Shown here: positions 39,216 to 48,562 of the stretch, in pieces
Layout of the letters: every line of letters starts with the position of its first letter
Numbering within the stretch: the first letter of the stretch is position 1
Origin: Anaerohalosphaeraceae bacterium
GTDB taxonomy: Bacteria; Planctomycetota; Phycisphaerae; Sedimentisphaerales; Anaerohalosphaeraceae
DNA length: 64,000 nt
Direction of reading: 5' to 3'
Assembly (NCBI GenBank): GCA_963675525.2
Contig: CAXXSL010000016.1
Span: 64,001-128,000 of the forward strand
Program-made: the position numbers and the translations under genes
The notes under the pieces: generated by a model
The model's database searches: none
Told to the model about the DNA's origin: nothing
Seen by the model: only the letters and a program-made list of their open reading frames with translations

Positions 39216-42200
39216 CTACCCCACTTTTGTGGCTTTTCGCTCCTGTATCCAGCAAAACAGGACGGGGACGATGAAAATGGTGATAAGTTCCAATGTCATG
39301 CCGCCGAAGGAGGGGATTGCCATGGGCACCATGATATCCGAGCCCCTGCCGGTTGAAGTCAACACTGGCAGCAATGCCAGTATCGTCGTGGCGCTGGTCA
39401 TTAGTGCCGGACGGACGCGTTTGTGGGCGGCGATAATCGCGGCCCTGCGGATTTGGGCGACCGTCTCCGGCGTCGCATTTTTAAACTGCTGGTTGAGGTA
39501 CGTCATCATCAGCACGCCGTCATCGGTGGCGATGCCGAACAAGGCCAGAAATCCCACCCAGACCGCAACACTGAGATTGTAGGTATGGATATTGAATAGC
39601 TGGCGGAAATCCAGCCCCAGAATCGAGACATCCATGAACCACCCCTGCCCGTACAGCCACAACAGCAAAAAACCGCCTGACCATGCAACAAAGATGCCGC
39701 TAAACACCAGCAGAGTCTGTGAGACGGTCTTGAACTGGAAATACAGGATGATAAAAATCAGCCCAAGTGCAATCGGCAGCACTAACTTCAGCGTCTTTTG
39801 GGCGTGTACCTGATTTTCATAAGAACCGGCAAAGCTGTAACTGACACCGTCCGGAAGTGTGAAATTGCCCGACTGAATTTGCCCGTCCAGGTAGCCCTTG
39901 CAATCCTCAACGGTATCTACTTCCGCCAATCCCTCTTTGGCATCGAACAGCACGTACCCGACCAGAAAGGTATCTTCGCTTTTAATGACCTGCGGTCCCG
40001 GCGTGTATTCAATCTTCGTCAGTTGCCCCAGCGGTATTTGAACACCACCGGGCGCGGGAACCAGAATGTCATCCAGCTTGTGGATTTCATCGCGAAGTTC
40101 GCGCAGATACCGCACACGCACCGGATAGCGCTGCCGCCCTTCCACTGTCATCGTAATGGGTTTTCCGCCAATGGCGATCTCGATGACATTCTGCACGTCA
40201 TCGATGCGAAGTCCGTAGCGGGCAATCTCCTGCCGGTCGATCAGTATCTCCAAATACGGCTTGGCCACAATGCGATCGGCGTACACCGTCGCCGGGTCAA
40301 CAGAGGGAACCTGCTTTAAATGTTGTTCCAGACTCAGGCCCACCGCTTCAATGGTCTCTAAGTCCGGCCCTTTTATTTTGATTCCCATCGGCGCCCGCAT
40401 CCCGGTTTGCAGCATAATCAGCCGGGTTTCAATCGGTTGAAGCAGCGGCGCACTGGTCGTGCCTGGCAGTTTTGCAACCTTGACGATTTCATCCCAGATG
40501 TCCCGCGGCGTTTCGATGTGGTCACGCCACTGACGAATGGCCTTGCCGTTGTCATCGGTCACCATTCGACCATTTTGGTCACGTTTGTACTTGGGCTTGT
40601 AATCGATCACCGTCTCGACCATCGAAATCGGCGCCGGGTCCAGTGGACTATCCACCCGGCCGATTTTTCCGACCACGGTATTAACTTCGGGAATAGATTT
40701 AATCGCGCTGTCTATTTTACTCAGCACGTCGGTTGCTTCGCCGATGGACGCATGGGGCATCGTCGTCGGCATATACAGGAACGATCCTTCATCCAGCGAG
40801 GGCATGAACTCCCGCCCGAGGCTCTGCCATGCGAAAAAGCCCGCAACCACCAATCCCAGCGGCAGCATCAGGAAAAGCCCCTTGTGTTCGAGGCACCAAC
40901 CCAGCATCTGCGGATAAAAGCGATTCATCAATAAAATCAGTATCAGCAATAATGCCAAAAGCACAGCCACAAAAATAAAATTCAGAACCAATGTCGCATT
41001 CGGGCCCAAGGGCATCCAATACTTACTGAGGATGACCGCAACCAGAACAACTGCGACCAGATCAAATAAACTTGCAAATCCGAATAGCTTTCTCTTTGTC
41101 TCTGCAAACCGCTTGCGCTGGCCCTTATAAAACCAATACGCAAACACGGGAATCACCAGGATCGCCACAATCGCCGACGCAAACAGCGCAAACGTCTTCG
41201 TAAACGCCAGGGGCTTGAACAGTTTTCCTTCGGGACCGATCATGGTAAAGACCGGCAGAAAGCTGATGATCGTCGTACAAATTGCCGCCAGAACCGCGGA
41301 GGCAACTTCACAGGAAGCCTCATAAATAATTTGCAATCGGGATTTTTCCGGCGGAGCCTCATGCATGTGGCGGACAATGTTTTCGCAGATGACAATGCCC
41401 GTATCCACCATCGTTCCAATGGCAATCACGATGCCGGACAGCGCCACAATATTGGCGTCGACCTTGAAATATTTCATGGCGACAAAACTCATCAACACCG
41501 CCAACGGCAGCAGGCCGGAGATGAGCATCGAACTTCTGAGGTGACGCAGCAGAACGATGACAACGATAATCGTAATCAGGATTTCCTGCGAAATCGCATC
41601 ATTGAGCGTTCCTAATGTCTCGTAAATCAGTCCCGTCCGGTCATAAAACGGTACAATCCTTACCTGGCTAACGGTGCCGTCCTCAAGTGTTTTACGCGGT
41701 AGTCCCGGTGCAATTTCGTTAATTTTAGCTTTGACATTCTGAATCGCTTTGAGCGGGTTTTCGCCATACCGTACAACAACGACACCGCCGACTGCTTCTG
41801 CGCCTTCCTTATCCAGCACGCCTCGCCGCAACGCCGGACCGGTTGATACATGCGCAATATCTTTAACACAAATGGGGATGTTGTCGTTGACCTTAAGAAC
41901 AATGTTCTCAATATCGACCACTGTCTTGATGAATCCGATGCCGCGCACCACATATTCGGCACGGTTGATTTCAATGGTCCGTGCCCCTACATCCCGATTC
42001 GATGACTTGATCGACCCAAACACATCATTTAAACCAATGCCGGCGGCAAACATCGCATCCGGATCAACATCAATCTGATATTCCCGAACAAACCCTCCGA
42101 CCGAAGCCACCTCGGCCACGCCGCGTGCCGATTGCAGTGCATAACGAACGGTCCAATCCTGAATCGTCCGCAATTCATCCAAATCCCAGCCGCCGGTCGG

Positions 42201-42734
42201 ATTGCCGTCGGCATCGTATCCTTCCAGCGTATACCAGAACACCTGCCCCAGCGCCGTCGCATCGGGCCCCAACGCCGGACGAATCCCTTCCGGCAGCGTT
42301 CCGGCGGGCAGCGAGTTCAGCCGTTCAATAATCTTCGCACGCGACCAGTCAAAATCCGCATCATCATCGAAGATGACATAAATACTCGAAAAGCCGAACA
42401 TGGAATTGCTGCGGATCGTCTTGACCTTCGGGATGCCTAACAAACTCACCGTCAGCGGATAAGTAATCTGGTCCTGGATATCCTGAGGACTTCGGCCGGG
42501 CCACTCGGTAAAGATGATCTGCTGATTTTCCCCGATATCCGGAATCGCATCCACCGGTACAGGCCATCGGGGCAAGCCGGACGTCTCCCAGTCAAACGGC
42601 GCAACGATCACACCGGCCAGAACCGCCGCGATCACCAACAGCAGGACAACCAGTCGATTGTTGAGGCAAAACCACAACAGCCCGGCCAGTAAACCCTTGT
42701 TCTGTTTTTCCTGTTTGTCAAGAAGTTCGTTCAT
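39216..42734 (-). CDS. cusA: CusA/CzcA-family heavy-metal RND efflux permease
   Basis: DAIPDIGENQ, GPDATALG, EGKLFKPLAFTKT, EFMPSLDEG. Confidence 0.92.
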   Translation of the reverse strand: MNELLDKQEKQNKGLLAGLLWFCLNNRLVVLLLVIAAVLAGVIVAPFDWETSGLPRWPVPVDAIPDIGENQQIIFTEWPGRSPQDIQDQITYPLTVSLLGIPKVKTIRSNSMFGFSSIYVIFDDDADFDWSRAKIIERLNSLPAGTLPEGIRPALGPDATALGQVFWYTLEGYDADGNPTGGWDLDELRTIQDWTVRYALQSARGVAEVASVGGFVREYQIDVDPDAMFAAGIGLNDVFGSIKSSNRDVGARTIEINRAEYVVRGIGFIKTVVDIENIVLKVNDNIPICVKDIAHVSTGPALRRGVLDKEGAEAVGGVVVVRYGENPLKAIQNVKAKINEIAPGLPRKTLEDGTVSQVRIVPFYDRTGLIYETLGTLNDAISQEILITIIVVIVLLRHLRSSMLISGLLPLAVLMSFVAMKYFKVDANIVALSGIVIAIGTMVDTGIVICENIVRHMHEAPPEKSRLQIIYEASCEVASAVLAAICTTIISFLPVFTMIGPEGKLFKPLAFTKTFALFASAIVAILVIPVFAYWFYKGQRKRFAETKRKLFGFASLFDLVAVVLVAVILSKYWMPLGPNATLVLNFIFVAVLLALLLILILLMNRFYPQMLGWCLEHKGLFLMLPLGLVVAGFFAWQSLGREFMPSLDEGSFLYMPTTMPHASIGEATDVLSKIDSAIKSIPEVNTVVGKIGRVDSPLDPAPISMVETVIDYKPKYKRDQNGRMVTDDNGKAIRQWRDHIETPRDIWDEIVKVAKLPGTTSAPLLQPIETRLIMLQTGMRAPMGIKIKGPDLETIEAVGLSLEQHLKQVPSVDPATVYADRIVAKPYLEILIDRQEIARYGLRIDDVQNVIEIAIGGKPITMTVEGRQRYPVRVRYLRELRDEIHKLDDILVPAPGGVQIPLGQLTKIEYTPGPQVIKSEDTFLVGYVLFDAKEGLAEVDTVEDCKGYLDGQIQSGNFTLPDGVSYSFAGSYENQVHAQKTLKLVLPIALGLIFIILYFQFKTVSQTLLVFSGIFVAWSGGFLLLWLYGQGWFMDVSILGLDFRQLFNIHTYNLSVAVWVGFLALFGIATDDGVLMMTYLNQQFKNATPETVAQIRRAAIIAAHKRVRPALMTSATTILALLPVLTSTGRGSDIMVPMAIPSFGGMTLELITIFIVPVLFCWIQERKATKVG

Positions 42735-42759
42735 GGACTGTTAAATCGCACTAATCGGT

Positions 42760-43137
42760 CTATTGTTTAAATTGCGGAAGGTCTTTGATATATTTGGCCG
42801 GGTCCTTTTCAAACTCCGCCTTGCAAGACGGGCAGCAGAAATAAACCTTTTTCCCTTCGTACTCAACAAAAACACTTTTGTCGATCGGCCCTTTCATCAC
42901 GGGACAGACGGTTTGTTCGGCGGCTATGGTTTTAGCCTCTTCGATCGCCGCACCGGCCGTTTTCATCGCTTCTTCCGACATGGTATCGGCCGTGTCTTTG
43001 GCCTCATCCATCATTTTGTCCATGTCGTGTGATTCGGGCATAACAGGCGTATCGGATTTCTTTTTACATCCCGCCAATAAGATGCTCATCCCTGTAACCA
43101 ACAAGGCAATCATCAAAATATTGACTGCTTTTTTCAT
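42760..43137 (-). CDS. YHS-domain lipoprotein with Met-rich linker
   Basis: Lipobox LAGC; CPVM...VYFCCPSC...F..DP.KY. Confidence 0.88.
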   Translation of the reverse strand: MKKAVNILMIALLVTGMSILLAGCKKKSDTPVMPESHDMDKMMDEAKDTADTMSEEAMKTAGAAIEEAKTIAAEQTVCPVMKGPIDKSVFVEYEGKKVYFCCPSCKAEFEKDPAKYIKDLPQFKQ

Positions 43138-43173
43138 CGCTTAATCCTTTCAGAAGAGTTTCCCATTTTCGAA

Positions 43174-44901
43174 TTATTGACTTAACTTCTCAAACTGCGG
43201 CAGATTGACGAGATATTTCTCTGGATTTTTGTTGAACTCATCGATACAGCCGGGACAGCAGAAATACACTTTTTTGCCCTCGTATTCGACAAAGATCTCT
43301 TTATTTATGTTGTTCCCCATCACAGGACAGATTGTTTGTTCGGTCTCATTTTTGGATACAGTATCACTTTTTGCTGTTGGCTTCGGGGTATCCATTTTCA
43401 TTTGTTGATCACCATGATCATGTCCCGGAGGCGCTACGCCGCCGGTGTCCATCATACTCGGTTTAGCCTGTATCTGCATTTCAGAATCGATCTTGAAATT
43501 CCCGTTCGTCACCACCCGCTCGCCTTCCATCAGCCCCGACAAAACAATATAATCATCGCCAACCCGAGAACCCAGCGTAACTTCCCTGCCCATAAACGTT
43601 GGTTTGTCGGCCCCTTCGACCTGCACATAAACCACTGCTTTATTCAGTTTCCGCCCGGTCACTAACGCGGCCGTGGCCGGAACCACCAGCGGCGGTGTAG
43701 TGTCGCCCTGAACACCATAACCCAGCGTTTTGGCGGGTACCAAATCCATCCCGCAAACGGGACATTGTCCGGCTGTCTTCTCAATAATCTCGCCATGCAT
43801 CGGGCATATCCATTTCTCCGCCAAAGAAGCAACGGCTGCCGGACCCTGTTCGGTAACCGGCACAGAAACCAGTGCATGAACCAGCATATTGGGCTTGAGC
43901 TTTCCATCTATATTTTCCACAACCGCCCGTACTTTCACCGTTCGCGTTTTATCGTCCAGAACCGGACTGACGAAACTAACGCGCCCCTTGAAAATTCTCC
44001 CCGGCCACGATTCCGTCGTAAACGCCACATCACGCCCAAACTGAATCCACGGTAATTGCGACTCATACACATCCAGCAGCACCCACAGCGTTGACATATC
44101 CGCTATCGTATAGATCGGCGTACCGGTCTTGACATACATGCCTTCGGACGCCATCTTATTGATAACCACCCCGCCGATCGGTGCGTAAACCGTCAGTTGG
44201 TCCAATGGTTTTGACGCCTTTTCAATGTCGGCGATCTGCTGTTCGGTCAGCCCCAGCAGCCGGAGCTTTTCTCGGGATGCCTCAAGCGTCTGACGAATTG
44301 AGCGGTTCACCAGTTCGGTGCTTCCATCGAGTGTCTTTGCCGATTCGATCGCCTGCAAAAATTCCGCCTGGGCCGTGATCAGTTCCGGGCTGTAAAGCTC
44401 GACCATGTGGTCGCCCTTCTTGACGGCAATCCCCGTAAAATCCACAAACAATCGGTCGATCCGTCCCGGCACCCATGCCGTGATCGTTTTGGTGCGCGTT
44501 TCATCCAGTGCGATTTTGCCGACAAGCCGAACCTCGTGCGACATTTCCTTGCGCTCGACAAGACTGGTCTGAATCTCCATCAACTTAACCGCTTCCGCCG
44601 AAAAGGCAATCATCCGGTCGGCATGTTCTATTGCCTCATCCTCACCGCCGGAGGTAATCGGGATTAAAGCCATACCGCAGATGCGGCACTTGCCCGGCTT
44701 GTCCTCACGGATCTGCGGATGCATCGAACAGGTCCATACCGTTTTGACGGCATCGACAACCTCCGGCTGCATCGCCGAAGATCGGTTTTTCAACGCATGG
44801 AAACCATAGCCGATCAAAAACGAAACAACCAAGAGAATTGCAATCGATATTTTTTTTGAGAAAATACAGTGTTCTTTTTTGGGCTCACTCATATTCGGCA
44901 C
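43174..44901 (-). CDS. cusB: CusB-like periplasmic adaptor with two heavy-metal-binding motifs and a C-terminal YHS domain
   Basis: WTCSMHP..PGKCRICGM, WICPMH..CPVCGMDL, YSPEL; alternative ATG at 44892. Confidence 0.9.
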   Translation of the reverse strand: MPNMSEPKKEHCIFSKKISIAILLVVSFLIGYGFHALKNRSSAMQPEVVDAVKTVWTCSMHPQIREDKPGKCRICGMALIPITSGGEDEAIEHADRMIAFSAEAVKLMEIQTSLVERKEMSHEVRLVGKIALDETRTKTITAWVPGRIDRLFVDFTGIAVKKGDHMVELYSPELITAQAEFLQAIESAKTLDGSTELVNRSIRQTLEASREKLRLLGLTEQQIADIEKASKPLDQLTVYAPIGGVVINKMASEGMYVKTGTPIYTIADMSTLWVLLDVYESQLPWIQFGRDVAFTTESWPGRIFKGRVSFVSPVLDDKTRTVKVRAVVENIDGKLKPNMLVHALVSVPVTEQGPAAVASLAEKWICPMHGEIIEKTAGQCPVCGMDLVPAKTLGYGVQGDTTPPLVVPATAALVTGRKLNKAVVYVQVEGADKPTFMGREVTLGSRVGDDYIVLSGLMEGERVVTNGNFKIDSEMQIQAKPSMMDTGGVAPPGHDHGDQQMKMDTPKPTAKSDTVSKNETEQTICPVMGNNINKEIFVEYEGKKVYFCCPGCIDEFNKNPEKYLVNLPQFEKLSQ

Positions 44902-45015
44902 CTTTAATGTCGATTATTCCTACTTGTTTAGTAGGGTTATTGTTCGGGATTTTTAGTGTATTTGGTTGATTAAACAATTACTCATCGTTGCTATAGCCCT
45001 TTTTATGCCATTAAA

Positions 45016-46296
45016 TCAGTTTTGAGGCAAGACTCCGCCAACCAAAACCTCAATTTCCGCCAGCCCTTGTAGATGGTCGGTCAAAATGCGAAGCCAGGTC
45101 AATTCGAAGGTCAAAAGCTTCCGCTGGGCATCCACAAGATTCAAAAAGTCAACCGAACCGTTGCGATAGGCCGACTCCGACACCTCAAGCATCTCTTTGG
45201 CACGGGGGATCAGGGTATTCTTGTAAAGCTGGGCCTTGCGGTGAGTTTCCTCGACATCGTATAGAACATCCGCTGCATGAGCCGCTAAGTCATATTCGGT
45301 CTGCATTTGCCGGCTTCGAGCCTTTCGTATTTTTGCCCGGGCTTGATTTTCTCCGGCTTTATAGCTGTCCGCCCACAGCGGAATGTTCACCGAAACCATC
45401 GCCACAATCGGGTCACGCCCCGAACCCCACGTATTCGGCATCCTCGCCGAATCGGTCTGTATCCAGTCCACCCCTACACTCACATCGGGATAGTAGCGTT
45501 TTTGGGCCAGTTCCAGTTGGTGACGGGCCGCCTGAATCTCTTTTTTCAAGGCCGCCAGTTCCGGATTCTGTTCTTCAATGAGCGAAAATACCTGCTCGGA
45601 ATCGAGCGTCATAAAAGCCGTTTCATTTTTCGGCCACGCCAGCGGTTCCTGGCTGTCACGGTTCAGGATAGCGTTCAACCCCGACACCATCGGCGCCTGC
45701 ATATTCCGCAAGCTTGTTAGATGGTCCTCCATCAGTGCCAATTCGATCTGGGCACGAATGATATCCGGATGGGTCGTAGCCGCTGTGCGGTAGCGGGCCT
45801 GTGCGACCTGCTCGAAATGTTTCAGGAGTTCCAGATTCTGCTCGGCAATCCCGATGGCCTCATGCAGATAGGCATATTCATACACCGCATGTTTGACCTT
45901 TGCGAACAGCTTGAGCTTTTCGGCCTGGTATTGATAGTAGGCCGCTTTGGCGGAGGCCGCCGCCGCATCCGTGCGGGCCTCGATCTTGCCGAACCACGGG
46001 AACATCTGTGAAATGCTGAACCGCTGCTTCTGCGGACCTGTGCGGGTTTCGACCTCCTCGATAAAATACCCATATGTAAACCGGGGATCGTCAAGTGCTT
46101 TGGCCTGCGGAACAGCCATCGTCGCGACACGCCATTGAGCAAACGAAGCCTTCAGCCCAGCGTTGTTCATCGCCGCAATGCGCAAATAATCCTCAACCGT
46201 CAAAAGCTGGTTGGGTTCTGAATTCGCCTCCTCGGCAAACGCTGAAACACAGAGCAGTGTGATGAATCCGAGCAGAATGAGTTTTGAATACCGCAT
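45016..46296 (-). CDS. TolC-family outer-membrane efflux protein
   Basis: Signal peptide; SQMFPWFGK, NPEL, AYRNG..DFLNLVDAQ. Confidence 0.9.
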   Translation of the reverse strand: MRYSKLILLGFITLLCVSAFAEEANSEPNQLLTVEDYLRIAAMNNAGLKASFAQWRVATMAVPQAKALDDPRFTYGYFIEEVETRTGPQKQRFSISQMFPWFGKIEARTDAAAASAKAAYYQYQAEKLKLFAKVKHAVYEYAYLHEAIGIAEQNLELLKHFEQVAQARYRTAATTHPDIIRAQIELALMEDHLTSLRNMQAPMVSGLNAILNRDSQEPLAWPKNETAFMTLDSEQVFSLIEEQNPELAALKKEIQAARHQLELAQKRYYPDVSVGVDWIQTDSARMPNTWGSGRDPIVAMVSVNIPLWADSYKAGENQARAKIRKARSRQMQTEYDLAAHAADVLYDVEETHRKAQLYKNTLIPRAKEMLEVSESAYRNGSVDFLNLVDAQRKLLTFELTWLRILTDHLQGLAEIEVLVGGVLPQN

Positions 46297-46396
46297 CGAC
46301 AATCCCTTTTCGCGGAATACCTACATTGTCAATTAAGATACTATGAAAACAGCTTATCGCAAATACGCCAAATAATCAAAGAATTATTTTGTGATT

Positions 46397-47731
46397 TTAA
46401 AAACTGTACCGCACGGCGGTGTAGATATTTGTGTTATTTTCGAACTGGGCGAAGAAGGTGTTCGGATAATCGCCGAAGAAGAGGTTGGCGCCAGATTCCA
46501 GTGTCAGGTTGTCGCTGGCCTTGTAGTTGATGTTCGGCCGCAGGTAGGCATCTTTATCGCTGGGCGAGTAATAGGTAAACAGCGACAGGCGAAGATTCTG
46601 ATTCATCAGCAGCTTGGTCAGCCGCAGCGTTACCACGTGCCGCTCGCGGTCGCGTGCCGCACCGCCGGGCAGGTTATCCTTATACGCCCCGTAGTCCAGC
46701 ATCTGCTCCAGATAATACTGCACGCCCGCATTGAAATCTTTTGCGATATCCTGCGAATAGCCAACCAGGTAACGCATCTCGGAATTGTTTATCAGCGGGT
46801 CGCTGCCGTTTTCGTCATCGTCGGATTGATAATACGCGACTTCCGCATTCCCAATCCCTTTGCCGACCTGTCCGCGGGCACTAGCGCCATAGACACTCAA
46901 ATCGGGAAATAATGCCTGCCCGCCCGCCGTTTGTCCGCCGGGACTTTTCCAGAATCCCCGATAGCCGTACAAGGCCAGCTCATAATTGCTGACATTCTTG
47001 TAGACGCGCACCGCGATCTCATCATCCCTGAACCAGCGGTCGGGTTTGTTGGTGTGGACAATCGCATCACGGCCCGCATGGCGGCCCAGCGTGCCGTTCC
47101 AGTATGAGATATAGTCGCCGGTGATGTACCGGTCCGAATCGAACTGCGGCGTATAAACGATGTCCACATTTGCCGCATCGTTAAAGAAACTCAACTTCAC
47201 CGCATCCGACGGCGATTTCAGGTAGTCCGTATCGCGCCCGATGAAAAACGACTGCCAGTCCTTGGGAAACATGTCATTCAAGAACAGTAAATCACCCGTT
47301 CCCCAGGTCAAAACCTGACGGCCGATCTTGATATCCATGAAATCCGTCGGCCGGGTGAACAGCCACGCCTCGCGCATATCGAATTCGCCCTCTTCGATGA
47401 TCATGTCACCGTAGAAATCACCTTTCAATTTGAAATCGGCCCAGTCGTTATAGGTCGCCAAATCCAACTGCAGGCGGGTTTCCATGATGGACATATCTTT
47501 TTCATACGGGTCTTTGCGCGTGCGGTAACCGGCACGAACTTCATAAAAACCATGTATCTCCGGCGGCGAAAACTGGTCGAGGACAGATTTGTTCGTCTCT
47601 TCTGCATGAACGCTTGAACTTGTAATAAGCAATAAAAGCGCGGCGACGTAAGTCGCCCGATGATGCCAGCCACTGGGTATCCCATCCGGCGACTCACGTC
47701 GCTCGGCTTTTACGAATCTTTCACTTGGCAT
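46397..47731 (-). CDS. Outer-membrane beta-barrel protein (partner of the MMPL/LolA-like module)
   Basis: IGRQVLTWG motif; amphipathic strands; C-terminal YSF. Confidence 0.8.
   Translation of the reverse strand: MPSERFVKAERRESPDGIPSGWHHRATYVAALLLLITSSSVHAEETNKSVLDQFSPPEIHGFYEVRAGYRTRKDPYEKDMSIMETRLQLDLATYNDWADFKLKGDFYGDMIIEEGEFDMREAWLFTRPTDFMDIKIGRQVLTWGTGDLLFLNDMFPKDWQSFFIGRDTDYLKSPSDAVKLSFFNDAANVDIVYTPQFDSDRYITGDYISYWNGTLGRHAGRDAIVHTNKPDRWFRDDEIAVRVYKNVSNYELALYGYRGFWKSPGGQTAGGQALFPDLSVYGASARGQVGKGIGNAEVAYYQSDDDENGSDPLINNSEMRYLVGYSQDIAKDFNAGVQYYLEQMLDYGAYKDNLPGGAARDRERHVVTLRLTKLLMNQNLRLSLFTYYSPSDKDAYLRPNINYKASDNLTLESGANLFFGDYPNTFFAQFENNTNIYTAVRYSF
47633..47712. repeat. REP-doublet-like palindrome within the 5' end of the beta-barrel CDS
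   Basis: 30-bp inverted arms (47633-47662 and 47683-47712), each containing GCGAC-N4-GTCGC. Confidence 0.8.
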
Positions 47732-48561
47732 TATCGCATGGCCTCCCGCGGTGGTCTCCGCAAATAACGTTCGGTAAAGAGGTCATCCGCCAGCCCAAGA
47801 TTATACTGAATATCGGAAAACGTCATCGTTGTGGTGCTGCCGGTTTTAAAATCCTTCACCACTGACTCGGTAACGGTCGGATAAACAACTTCTTTCTCAC
47901 CTTCTTTGGCTGTGATGTCTTCGACCTTGACCGATTCAATCGTTCGATAAAGTGTGTCGCTTTTATCAAAATACTCCATCTTCATCGGCATCATTGTTTT
48001 TTTGTCAATGGAGACATTGTAGTACGCAAATTCAACCGTGTCAGGATTTTTAGGCGTATTCTTCACCACATAGAATTGTTCGGTCGTCTCGGTCAGCACA
48101 TGCACATCTTCATCCAGACTCCGGCCAGACACATCCTCATACAAAAAGTCCGAGCCGACAAAGCTGGTGCGTTTGTCGCTGGAGGCAATGCGTTTGACCA
48201 AATCGAGATTCGGCAGATACAGCCACCGGTCATCGTCGCTGGCAGCGGCCGTATGCTTGTGCACCATGAACACCATCTTGCGGACATCGGCGGGAGCCAG
48301 AAAATAAACGAAATACTTCTGGTCGGCGTCTTTTTCGTCTGCGTTTTTTCGCAGGATGATAAATTCCCGGTTCCGCTGGCGGTCCTGTTTGTCCGCGATA
48401 ACCATCGTCACCTTGCTTTTGCCGTCAGCGCCCTGATAATACGCGGCGTGGTTGGCCTTCTGTACAATCTGGTCAACGGCCAACGCTTCGGCCGCCGCCG
48501 CAAAAACACCGCTTGCAGATATTCCAATAACACTTAATAATAAAAATAACTTTAGCTTCAT
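47731..48561 (-). CDS. Outer-membrane lipoprotein-sorting (LolA-like) protein
   Basis: PADVR, DDRWLYLP, KRIA, SFVGSDFLYED. Confidence 0.9.
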   Translation of the reverse strand: MKLKLFLLLSVIGISASGVFAAAAEALAVDQIVQKANHAAYYQGADGKSKVTMVIADKQDRQRNREFIILRKNADEKDADQKYFVYFLAPADVRKMVFMVHKHTAAASDDDRWLYLPNLDLVKRIASSDKRTSFVGSDFLYEDVSGRSLDEDVHVLTETTEQFYVVKNTPKNPDTVEFAYYNVSIDKKTMMPMKMEYFDKSDTLYRTIESVKVEDITAKEGEKEVVYPTVTESVVKDFKTGSTTTMTFSDIQYNLGLADDLFTERYLRRPPREAMR

Positions 48562-48562
48562 G

